Shown: positions 1 to 8,566 of the stretch, in pieces
Layout of the letters: each line of letters begins with the position of its first letter
Position numbering within the stretch: position 1 is the stretch's first letter
Source of the DNA: an uncultured archaeon
GTDB lineage: Archaea; Asgardarchaeota; Thorarchaeia; Thorarchaeales; Thorarchaeaceae
NCBI GenBank assembly: GCA_964473825.1
Contig: CAYYQL010000001.1
Span: 192,001 to 256,000 of the forward strand
Reading direction: 5' to 3'
Length of the DNA: 64,000 nucleotides
Translations under genes and position numbers: made by a program
The notes under the pieces: generated by a model
The model's input: only the letters and a program-made list of their open reading frames with translations
The model's database searches: none
What the model was told of the DNA's origin: nothing

Positions 1-8
1 TTGAGGCC

Positions 9-1028
9 ATGAACGATTACATGATCAGGCGCAGTGAGGGAAGATGGGGTTATACTGACACAGACTCGCTCTACAGCGACGTGAAGGTCAGTCTCTCGAA
101 ACTCCTGGGTGGAGAGCCATCAGACTATGCATTCATGCCAAGTACATCCATTGGGATGAACTCCTTTGGTCACGCCATATCTTACCCAGACCAGGCAAAT
201 ATCGTCATATGCGACTTGGAGTTTCCATCGAACTTCCTCCCGTGGCAAAACATCGAGAAACTCTACAATGTCGAGCTTCGCGTTGTAGAGTCGGTAGACG
301 GGGCAGCGCCCTTAGAGGACTTCACCCGAGCTATCGATGAAAACACGAGAGTTGTGGCCATCAGTCATGTTCAGTTTGGCTCGGGATATCGAAGCAATCT
401 GAAGGCACTAGCTGATGCAGTGCACGAATACGATGGATTTCTTGTGGCCGATATCATCCAGTCTGCGGGATGGGCGGACTTTAACCTGGTTGACCAGGAT
501 GTTGATTTCGCCGCAGGCCAAGCCACAAAGTGGATTTCCGGACCAATTGGCGCAGGCTATGCCTATGTGAGTCCGAAGGTCAGAGAAGTTTTACAGCCCA
601 GATTCATCGGATGGCACAGTGTCAAGAACCATCGGGACTTCACCTATGGTGCTAGAGAATTCAGGGATGATGCAGGCATGTTGGAGGGAGGATCGCCGCC
701 ACTTGTAGCCTATGCCGGCTTCAGAAAGGCTTTGGACTTATTGCAGACGCTACCAGACGAGGTAAGGGTGAGTACAGCCCTCAACAATGCAACCTACCTG
801 AAACAGCGACTCGATGAAGTTGGGCTCCAATACTATGATTTCGATGAGGAGCACTCCTCGCCCATAGTTTCCTGCAAATATGACAGAGCAGAGCAAGTCG
901 AGATTGAACTTCGAAAACAGCGTGTGTTCTGTTCAGCCAGACACGGTAGGCTGAGAATCTCCCCCAGCTTCTACAATACGACTGATGAGATTGATACCTT
1001 CGTTGAAATCATAGACAAGCTGCAGTAG
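9..1028 (+). CDS. PLP-dependent aminotransferase class V (cysteine desulfurase/selenocysteine lyase-like); probably 5'-truncated by the window edge
   Basis: EFPSN, VAISHVQF.SG, D.IQSAG and PLP-lysine motif ATKWISGPIGAG; LRISPSFYNT near the C-terminus; frame is open to the window start. Confidence 0.85.
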   Translation: MNDYMIRRSEGRWGYTDTDSLYSDVKVSLSKLLGGEPSDYAFMPSTSIGMNSFGHAISYPDQANIVICDLEFPSNFLPWQNIEKLYNVELRVVESVDGAAPLEDFTRAIDENTRVVAISHVQFGSGYRSNLKALADAVHEYDGFLVADIIQSAGWADFNLVDQDVDFAAGQATKWISGPIGAGYAYVSPKVREVLQPRFIGWHSVKNHRDFTYGAREFRDDAGMLEGGSPPLVAYAGFRKALDLLQTLPDEVRVSTALNNATYLKQRLDEVGLQYYDFDEEHSSPIVSCKYDRAEQVEIELRKQRVFCSARHGRLRISPSFYNTTDEIDTFVEIIDKLQ

Positions 1029-1200
1029 TGTATCCCAAGGGACAACAGGGGTAAGAGTTGCATCGGGAGACTGACACACTTTGGAAGGGGGTATCAACAG
1101 AGAATCCCTACAAGTGGCGTTACATTTAAATCAAGAGATGCCCACCCCATTACGAGGGGGAAAAGTGGTTAGGTGGTATTCCATTTCATAAAATTTTACC

Positions 1201-1214
1201 GAAAGATTTATAAG
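1201..1214 (+). promoter_or_regulatory. BRE-TATA promoter upstream of tfb
   Basis: GAAAGA-TTTATAAG matches archaeal BRE + TATA; a second TATA-like ATATATAAG lies at 1226-1234. Confidence 0.55.
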
Positions 1215-1366
1215 CCCGCATCCGCATATATAAGTTTAGCGGAACCAGATGGGCGAGAATGAGTGTTCTTACCACCCAAAGCCACCACCAACAGATTCTG
1301 TTGAGCTGAAGGAAGGAGCAAGCCACTCTATATTCTAGTTCATAGGTCAGAGAGGTCAGACAGATC

Positions 1367-2326
1367 ATGGCATCAAATTCAAATCGTACTAAACAGGAGG
1401 GTCGTTCTCGTTCAGAGAACGGTTTCACGTGCCCCGAATGTGGAGGACACGACGTTGTACAGGACGTCGAAAAGGGAGAGCGTATCTGTGCATCCTGTGG
1501 ACTTGTAGTGAGCGATCACCGCATCGACACGGGGCCGGAATGGAGAGCCTTTACTGCTGATGAGAGAAACGCACGGTCTCGGGCAGGGGCTCCGACGAAC
1601 TATGCCATTCACGATAAGGGCCTGTCCACCATGATAGACTGGAGGGACTACGACTCACAGGGCAGACGATTCTCAGCCAAGAAACGGTCCGAGATTTACC
1701 GACTCAGAAAGTGGCAGATTCGAACACGCGTCCACAGCTCGGTTGATAGAAACCTTGCTCAAGCCATGTCCGAGCTTGACAGGCTCACATCACAGCTGGG
1801 GCTGAGCAAGAGCATCAAGGAACTTGCAGCTCTGCTCTATAGGAAACTAATCGTCCGTCGCCTAGCAAGGAGTCGCTCAATCGATGCAATGGTGGGTGCA
1901 GCAATCTATGCAGCGTGCAGACTTCGAGAGGCCCCACGTTCACTTGAGGAGATAGCAAGGCATTCCCGCGTAAACAAGAAGAAGATAGGACAGCACTACA
2001 GGCTTCTCGTGGAAAAACTCAAACTGAGAATGCCGATATCCGACCCCGCGAACTATGTACCTAGATTCATCACGCAACTCGGACTCCCAGGTGAAGTTCA
2101 GCAGAAGGTCCTCGAGATCCTCGAAGACGCGAAGAAAGAACGTAATCTGATCACAGGAAGAGATCCTAGGGGACTCGCTGCAGCGGCTATCTACATCGCG
2201 TCCATACTTACGGACAATAGAGTCACACAGCGGGATATCGCAATGGCCGCAGGTGTCACCGAAGTGACAGTACGGAATCGGTACAAGGAACTTGTCAGAA
2301 GACTGCATATCACAATGGAACCGTAG
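1367..2326 (+). CDS. tfb: Transcription initiation factor IIB (TFB)
   Basis: Zn ribbon CPEC..CASC, GPEWRAF, HDKGLST, two cyclin repeats, C-terminal HTH TQRDIAMAAGVTEVTVRNRYKEL. Confidence 0.98.
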   Translation: MASNSNRTKQEGRSRSENGFTCPECGGHDVVQDVEKGERICASCGLVVSDHRIDTGPEWRAFTADERNARSRAGAPTNYAIHDKGLSTMIDWRDYDSQGRRFSAKKRSEIYRLRKWQIRTRVHSSVDRNLAQAMSELDRLTSQLGLSKSIKELAALLYRKLIVRRLARSRSIDAMVGAAIYAACRLREAPRSLEEIARHSRVNKKKIGQHYRLLVEKLKLRMPISDPANYVPRFITQLGLPGEVQQKVLEILEDAKKERNLITGRDPRGLAAAAIYIASILTDNRVTQRDIAMAAGVTEVTVRNRYKELVRRLHITMEP

Positions 2327-2370
2327 ATAGCACATCATTGAAACTTATGCGATAGGGAGTTCGCGAGCCC

Positions 2371-2922
2371 TTATCGCTTCTCTTCTTTTTCGAGTTCGTC
2401 AAGTGTTTGGAAGAAATTCTGTGTCAAGAAGGCCCGATAGGCAAACCCACCCCAGCCGGTATCCTTCATTCTATCTTGAACTCGTCCAAGGATTTCGTCG
2501 CGCGACATGACTTTCACCGCATAGATCTCGAAGTCATCGATGATTTCGAGGGCCCCACCGATTGCATCAGCCAAGAATACTAGTGACCTCCACGGTATCG
2601 TTCTGTCAGGGCAACGGATGTCTAGACTCACATCCAGCACAAATCTGCAAAGTTGCACGATGATGCCGGTTTCCTCGCGCATCTCGCGAATAGCTGCCTC
2701 TTTCAGAGACTCACCAGGATTTGCACCTCCTGATGGCGCTCTGTAGATGCCAGTGCCGGCGTAAGCATGCTTCTGAATGACAACCCAGTCTTCATCATGT
2801 CGAATGAAACATGTGACGTCATGGTTTCTACCCTTTGCCTCACTCTTTCGAATCAGATCACACTCAAAATCCAAGAACTCGGCGTCGAAATGCAGCCTCT
2901 TGGGCACACCATATTCCGCCAC
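2371..2922 (-). CDS. NUDIX hydrolase
   Basis: Nudix box GGANPGESLKEAAIREMREETG; the frame stays open upstream, so the start is uncertain. Confidence 0.9.
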   Translation of the reverse strand: MAEYGVPKRLHFDAEFLDFECDLIRKSEAKGRNHDVTCFIRHDEDWVVIQKHAYAGTGIYRAPSGGANPGESLKEAAIREMREETGIIVQLCRFVLDVSLDIRCPDRTIPWRSLVFLADAIGGALEIIDDFEIYAVKVMSRDEILGRVQDRMKDTGWGGFAYRAFLTQNFFQTLDELEKEEKR

Positions 2923-3117
2923 AAGTGATTGGAGTTCTGAGTCATCGAGGTCAGTCAGTATTCTCGCCTGGTTGGGCGATGGAATACCAGCAAATAGTTC
3001 TACCTCTTGACTCCATCCAGTTACGAAGGCCTATGAGCCCGGACCAGATAGCTAGGAATCTTTTTCTTGTGTCTATGCCATACTGCCTCTGGTCTCAATA
3101 CATTCGGAGGGTCTTCT

Positions 3118-3654
3118 GTGAAGAAGAGAGTGAACAACATCACTGTGGAAACCTATGTTGGAGATATCACAGAACTATCTCTCGATGCTATTGCGAATGC
3201 GGCCAACTCAGAGCTGTGGATGGGGTCAGGAGTGGCCGGAGCAATCAAGAGAAAAGGTGGAGCCGAGATTGAGAAGGAGGCCATCTCCAAAGGACCAATC
3301 AAGCCAGGCGAGTCTGTAGTCACCGATGCCGGCAGGCTTGCTGCAAAACGAGTGCTTCACTGTGCGGGTATGCCGCCGGGAGGGAGAGCCACGTCTGAGA
3401 ACGTGACCAGATGCGTGGCAGAGGCGCTCAGAATTGCAGATGACGAGGGGCTCGAAGAGGTCGCGTTTCCTGCTATTGGAGCTGGTGTGGGAGGACTAAC
3501 AAAGGAGGTTTCCGCCCACGCCATTGTCAGAGCAATTGTAAGTCATTCCAAAGAGAATCAGAGATTGAAGCGTGTCGTACTTGTTGCATACGAGTCAGAA
3601 TCAGAGCCAGCGTTCGAGAGAGCCCTAACAGAAGTCACGGAGGGGGACAGGTGA
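3118..3654 (+). CDS. Macro-domain protein (ADP-ribose binding / O-acetyl-ADP-ribose deacetylase family)
   Basis: GDIT, DAIANAAN, MGSGVAGAI, VAFPAIGAGVGG; GTG start at 3118 after GGAGGG. Confidence 0.93.
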   Translation: MKKRVNNITVETYVGDITELSLDAIANAANSELWMGSGVAGAIKRKGGAEIEKEAISKGPIKPGESVVTDAGRLAAKRVLHCAGMPPGGRATSENVTRCVAEALRIADDEGLEEVAFPAIGAGVGGLTKEVSAHAIVRAIVSHSKENQRLKRVVLVAYESESEPAFERALTEVTEGDR

Positions 3655-4127
3655 AACAGTGCAAAATCGGTGATATCCAAGTACAGGCTATCATGGGACG
3701 ATTTGATGAAAAGACTGGCCTGGCGCTGGTCTCGAAGGATTTGACACCTAGCTCCAGACCACCCAACAGGAGATACTTGCCTGTCTATGACGTCTCCATG
3801 AGGTGCGAAGTCCAAGCAGATGTCATTGAGTACTGGCCGACCCTTTCTATCACAGACTCAGATAGACGTCAGACAATATATGACGCGGCCGAGAGGGCTT
3901 TGTTGATTGCCCAAGACCAAGAACTATCTGACGTTGGTGTCTACACCCTAGGTTACGAAGTCGCCAGAATACCGAGTTGGGAGGTGGCTGAAGAGATTGT
4001 CAAGGCTTTGCATGTGCATGCAAAGAGAGAGCCCAAGCTGAAGAAGGTAGTCATTGTTGCGAGTTCACCCACTCAGTACAGCTCTCTGGAGTTCGCACTT
4101 GAGAACGGCTCCGTCATCTCACTGTAG
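3651..4127 (+). CDS. Degenerate macro-domain-like protein
   Basis: GTGA overlap with the upstream gene; C-terminal half aligns by eye with the upstream macro protein; NAAN and GGGV loop motifs absent. Confidence 0.65.
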   Translation: MKQCKIGDIQVQAIMGRFDEKTGLALVSKDLTPSSRPPNRRYLPVYDVSMRCEVQADVIEYWPTLSITDSDRRQTIYDAAERALLIAQDQELSDVGVYTLGYEVARIPSWEVAEEIVKALHVHAKREPKLKKVVIVASSPTQYSSLEFALENGSVISL

Positions 4128-4182
4128 GAACCAACAGGCACCAACTCATGCCCGTTGGCCCAGGTTTACACTCTAGTGAGGA

Positions 4183-5544
4183 TTACATCCTCAGACGCTT
4201 TCTTGCAGCCTCCGCAGAGGTTACAAGGGGATCCCAAGTATCACAGATAGCTGGGGCATAGCAATTCTCAAAGTCGAAGAACTCAGGTGCTGTCATGTTG
4301 GTTTGGATTCCGACGGTGACAACATTGAGCCGCATGGCAGCATCCTCAACACCAACTAGTTGCCCGCCAACAAGCTTCCCTTCATCTGTTTCGTAGAAGG
4401 TCTTGACTTTGATCTCCTTTCCGCCGACATAGTAGGGGGGCTTTGTTAGGCCTTTCACGGATCCTTTCTTGATCTTGACCTCAAAGCGTTCTGCGAGACT
4501 CTCAGTCAGACCAGTTGAGGCAATCTCCAGCCCGAACAATTTGGTCACCTTGGCTCCAACTATCCCTGGGAACTTCTCATCTCCCCCAGCTGCATTGATC
4601 CCGGCAACTCTTGCCTGACGGACCGCAATGGTACCAAGACCACCAGCCATGGGCTTACCTGTGACGTAATCCACATGCTCTGCACAGTCACCACAGGAAT
4701 AGACATCCTTCAAGTTCGTCTCCATCCTATCATCTACGACTATGCCTCGAGTGGGACCAGTCTCCACACCGATACTCTGAGCAAGCTCGGTCACGGGGCG
4801 AACGCCAGTTGCAACCACGACAGCGTCAGCCGGAATCTCCTTTGTTTCACCCGTTTCTCTGCTTTCAACCAGTACAGTCTTAGGGGCCTTGTCGCCAAGT
4901 ATTTCCTTGGCAGCGCTGTTACACATGATATTCAGACCATGCTCTTTGCAGTGTTCCTCGATTATCTCGGCCATATCGGAATCAACCATGGCGAGGAGAA
5001 TATTGGGCAGAAACTCGACAACTGTGACATTGAGACCCCTTTCGCGGAACGCCTCTGCAGTCTCCATGCCCACGAGCCCTCCACCAACGATGAGAATGTC
5101 TTTGGCTTTGTCAGCCTCCTTGGCCAACGCTTTCGCGTCATCTAGTGTTCTGAGACCGTATACCCTCTCTTTGTCGAGACCCTTGATTGGTGGGTCCGCA
5201 TTCACTGCACCTGTCGCGAAAATGAGCGAATCATACTCCAGAGTGCCTGATTCATTTGGACCCTCGAAGCTTAGTTCCTTCCTGTCATGATCTATGTCAG
5301 TGACAGTCACACCCAACTTCGCGTCAATCTTCAACATCTCCCAGTTATCTGGAGGCATGAGTACAAGATCTTCAAACTCCCGGACCTTTCCCGAGATGGT
5401 ATATGGAAGACCACATCTAGAATACTGGGAATACACTTCGGTGTTGAAAACAGTGATCTCATCTTTTCTGTTGAATTTCCGTGCTTGCAGAGCTGCGGTG
5501 GCACCTGCAGCACCGCAACCGATGATTGCTATCCGTTCAGTCAT
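4183..5544 (-). CDS. FAD-dependent pyridine nucleotide-disulfide oxidoreductase (NADH oxidase / CoA-disulfide reductase family)
   Basis: GCGAAG FAD motif, redox Cys in YSRCGLPY, GGGLVGME NAD motif, C-terminal YAP; start placed at MTERI. Confidence 0.92.
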   Translation of the reverse strand: MTERIAIIGCGAAGATAALQARKFNRKDEITVFNTEVYSQYSRCGLPYTISGKVREFEDLVLMPPDNWEMLKIDAKLGVTVTDIDHDRKELSFEGPNESGTLEYDSLIFATGAVNADPPIKGLDKERVYGLRTLDDAKALAKEADKAKDILIVGGGLVGMETAEAFRERGLNVTVVEFLPNILLAMVDSDMAEIIEEHCKEHGLNIMCNSAAKEILGDKAPKTVLVESRETGETKEIPADAVVVATGVRPVTELAQSIGVETGPTRGIVVDDRMETNLKDVYSCGDCAEHVDYVTGKPMAGGLGTIAVRQARVAGINAAGGDEKFPGIVGAKVTKLFGLEIASTGLTESLAERFEVKIKKGSVKGLTKPPYYVGGKEIKVKTFYETDEGKLVGGQLVGVEDAAMRLNVVTVGIQTNMTAPEFFDFENCYAPAICDTWDPLVTSAEAARKRLRM

Positions 5545-5590
5545 AATGACAGCCTCTTGGTTTCTTGACAACAAGAGAGCAACTTTCACT

Positions 5591-5600
5591 GCTTATAAGA
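5591..5600. promoter_or_regulatory. Palindromic TATA box (CTTATAAG) between the divergent oxidoreductase and tldD genes
   Basis: Self-complementary TATA element in a short divergent intergenic region. Confidence 0.4.
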
Positions 5601-5712
5601 GTTCAAGCTTTGCGGACAAGACTTGATCCAATCTTTCAGCGTTGTATCCTCCGTGCTTCGTCCCATCAACTTATCTACTAGTGCTCTTTTCCCTGAAGAC
5701 GTGGTGCCAATA

Positions 5713-7146
5713 GTGGTTAATGGAAAGGACCTCGCAGAATACTGCATTGAATTAGGTCGCGAACTTGGAGCATCTTATGTGGAGGCACGCTTCGAAGAGA
5801 GACTTAGTAGAGGATTCGTCTATAGAAATGGCGCACCTGTCTCGGCGGGAACCCAGCCTGACTCGGGCATTGGAGTTCGAATGCTTGTCGATGGCAACAT
5901 GGGATTCGCCTCGTTTGACAGACTGGACAGACAAGTCGCCAGAGAAGCGATTTCTGAAGCATTCAAGATGGCTAAGAATGGTAACCGGAAAGAACCGATA
6001 CGCTTTGGTGAACCAGTTTCAAACAGGGCCGAATGGGAAATTGATGCCAGTCAGCAGATAGAAGATGTGGACACTGAAACCATCATGGCTACTGCGGACG
6101 AGATGAACTCTGTCATGAACGGACTCCCGCAGTTCACTCTGATACTGACACCGTCACAGAGTGAGAAGTACGTTGTGACAAGTGAAGGAACAGAGATCAC
6201 AAGCAGATTGTCACATATCTTCGTTTTTGGACTCATGACAGCTAAGGGCAAAAAGGGCTCCGAACAGAAATTTCTGGATATGACTCAGGCGGGCGGCTGG
6301 GAAAGAATCGAGAAAGGGAACGTAATCGATAATCTGAGGGAAGAGGTCAAACTACTTCAGAAAGCAGCCAATGAGGCTGTGGCGGTCAAAGAACTCCTTA
6401 GCAGGCCAGTTGACATGATTGTGGGGCCTGAAGTAGCTGGAATCATTGCACACGAGAACGTTGGGCATCCCAGCGAAGGCGACAGAATCAAAGGTCGAGA
6501 AGGGGCACAGGCAGGAGAGAGCTTTTGGCGAGATCTTGAAATGGGGAAGTCGCGGGTAGGAAGTGATGCGGTGAATGTGAGTGAGGACCCAACTATACCG
6601 AATACGGGCGGATTCTACCTCTATGATGATGAAGGTGTCAAGGCCCGAAAGAGGGAGCTCATCAAGAAGGGCATCATCAACGAACCTCTTCTAAACAGAG
6701 AGTTTGGTCAGAGATTTGGAATGGAGTCTAATGGTGCTGCACGCTCCAGCAGGTACAATCGAGAACCAATTATACGGATGGCAAACACATACTTCGAGCC
6801 AGGTAATTACTCCCGAGAGGAACTCATTGAAGATGTAGAACTCGGTGTATACTTGAAGACATTTGCCGAATGGAATATCGATGACAGACGCTACCAGTCC
6901 AAATACAAAGGCTCTGTAGCCTATGTTATCCGTGAGGGTGAAGTGACCGACGAGATGGTAAGCAGGCCGGTTCTAGAAACCACAAGCGTGGGGCTTCTCA
7001 GTGCAATCGATGCGGTTTCGAAGGACTTGAGGTTCGACTTCCCCGGGACATGTGGAAAGAGCGACCCTATGCAGGGAGTACCGGTCTACGCAGGCGGTGG
7101 CGAGCTTCGATTAAGAAGCATTAGATTGGGAGGTGTTGGTCAATGA
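5713..7146 (+). CDS. tldD: TldD metalloprotease subunit
   Basis: GIGVRML..G.MGF, HENVGH metal motif, YDDEG, RMANTY, CGK; start uncertain (5623-5713). Confidence 0.93.
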   Translation: MVNGKDLAEYCIELGRELGASYVEARFEERLSRGFVYRNGAPVSAGTQPDSGIGVRMLVDGNMGFASFDRLDRQVAREAISEAFKMAKNGNRKEPIRFGEPVSNRAEWEIDASQQIEDVDTETIMATADEMNSVMNGLPQFTLILTPSQSEKYVVTSEGTEITSRLSHIFVFGLMTAKGKKGSEQKFLDMTQAGGWERIEKGNVIDNLREEVKLLQKAANEAVAVKELLSRPVDMIVGPEVAGIIAHENVGHPSEGDRIKGREGAQAGESFWRDLEMGKSRVGSDAVNVSEDPTIPNTGGFYLYDDEGVKARKRELIKKGIINEPLLNREFGQRFGMESNGAARSSRYNREPIIRMANTYFEPGNYSREELIEDVELGVYLKTFAEWNIDDRRYQSKYKGSVAYVIREGEVTDEMVSRPVLETTSVGLLSAIDAVSKDLRFDFPGTCGKSDPMQGVPVYAGGGELRLRSIRLGGVGQ

Positions 7147-8522
7147 CTGGTTTCGAAGACATGAAGACCTTTGTCGACCTTGCAGTTGACTATGCGGAAG
7201 ACAGGACGGAGGGCATTATTGTCCATGGGATTGAGTCATCAACGTCCCAGATCCGCTTCTCGCAAAATGCTATAGATATCAGCAAACGATGGAAAGAACT
7301 CAAGCTAGAGATATTTCTCATTCGCACAGGGGCTCAAATCGGCTCGATTGAGAGGTCGATTTCCAATGAGGACGAAGTGAGAAGCGCAGTCGACACAGCG
7401 CTAGAATTCACTAGAATTCTTCCAGAGTCGCAGTTCTTCCAAGGAGTCGAGGAAACTGTCAGCGAATACTCTCCTGTCCACGGAACTTTCGACGAGAATA
7501 TCGAGAGTTTCACTGTAGAGGCACCAGAGATAGTGAACTCATCTATTGATGCTGCCATCACCAAGGGAGCCAAGAGAGTGGCTGGTGCATTGAAGTTTGG
7601 AAAAGTGCAGAAGTACTTCAGATCAAGCTACGGTCCTGAAGGATTGGCCAGGTCAACGTCGTTCGATTTCAACGTAAGAGCATTCCAAGATGAGCTTGAC
7701 TACTCAGGACAAGGACTGCATTGTGGCACCATACCGACAGAAGACAAAGAGAAGATGGTAGAAGCAGGGGCGGAGGCAGGTCGGCTCTCGAAGCAGGCAA
7801 TTGGGGCAGAACAGGGAGAACCTGGCGAATACGATTTGGTGCTCAGCCCCACGGTCGCGGCAGACATCATTGCCGGTGTACCAGGAAGTGCCAACCCGTT
7901 CCTTATCCTCATTGGTTTGTCTCCGTTGGGAGACCGAATGGGGGAGAGTATAGGCCCCGATTTTGTGACCGTGAAGGACAACCCACACTTCAAAGGTGCT
8001 TTGGGAAGCAAGAGATTCGACTTTGAGGGCACACCAACTCGAGAGGTTGAGATCATTGAGAACGGTGTCCTCAAGTCGCTTGTTCACAATACCACAACTG
8101 CAAAGATGTATGAAACGGAATCGACAGGGAGCTCCTCACTTCAGTCCTTAAGTCAAGGTTCAAAGATGCTGCTTCCCGGCAATTCGAATATCGTCTTTGA
8201 TGAGGGAGACCACTCCTTTGAAGAGCTAATTGAAGGAAACAAGCCCACAATATATGTGACGTGCAACTGGTACACAAGGTTCCAAAACTATCAGACAGGT
8301 GAGTTTTCAACGATTCCCCGTGATGCCATGTTTCTGGTGGAGCAAGGAGAGATGAAACCCATCAAGAATCTAAGAATCAGCGACAATCTCATGAGGATGT
8401 TCTCTAACATCACTGCACTGGGACAGAATCTGAAGCAGATTTACTGGTGGGAGGTGCCTATTCCTACAGTAATTCCACATGTTCGAGTGTCTGACTGTAC
8501 CCTGACCGCAGCAACTCAGTAG
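7143..8522 (+). CDS. pmbA: TldE/PmbA family protein
   Basis: IRFSQN, EPGEYDLVLSP, FDFEGTP; lacks HExxH; ATGA overlap with tldD. Confidence 0.9.
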   Translation: MTGFEDMKTFVDLAVDYAEDRTEGIIVHGIESSTSQIRFSQNAIDISKRWKELKLEIFLIRTGAQIGSIERSISNEDEVRSAVDTALEFTRILPESQFFQGVEETVSEYSPVHGTFDENIESFTVEAPEIVNSSIDAAITKGAKRVAGALKFGKVQKYFRSSYGPEGLARSTSFDFNVRAFQDELDYSGQGLHCGTIPTEDKEKMVEAGAEAGRLSKQAIGAEQGEPGEYDLVLSPTVAADIIAGVPGSANPFLILIGLSPLGDRMGESIGPDFVTVKDNPHFKGALGSKRFDFEGTPTREVEIIENGVLKSLVHNTTTAKMYETESTGSSSLQSLSQGSKMLLPGNSNIVFDEGDHSFEELIEGNKPTIYVTCNWYTRFQNYQTGEFSTIPRDAMFLVEQGEMKPIKNLRISDNLMRMFSNITALGQNLKQIYWWEVPIPTVIPHVRVSDCTLTAATQ

Positions 8523-8529
8523 AAATCAG

Positions 8530-8559
8530 GGAGCTGGTCTGGTCAGCTGAGCCAGCTCC
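8530..8559. terminator. Hairpin between convergent genes
   Basis: GGAGCTGG ... CCAGCTCC 8-bp inverted repeat in a 44-nt convergent gap. Confidence 0.5.
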
Positions 8560-8566
8560 GATGCCT

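Noticed and set aside
1292-1300. Palindrome CAGATTCTG recurring in intergenic regions (also ~42271 and ~51926)
   Set aside because: It also occurs inside coding regions (~8424, ~39324) and has no consistent position relative to promoters.
1304-1325. GGAAGGAGCAAGC resembles SRP RNA helix 8
   Set aside because: Lacks the 5' CAGG and the closing stem; no room or pairing for a ~300-nt SRP fold.
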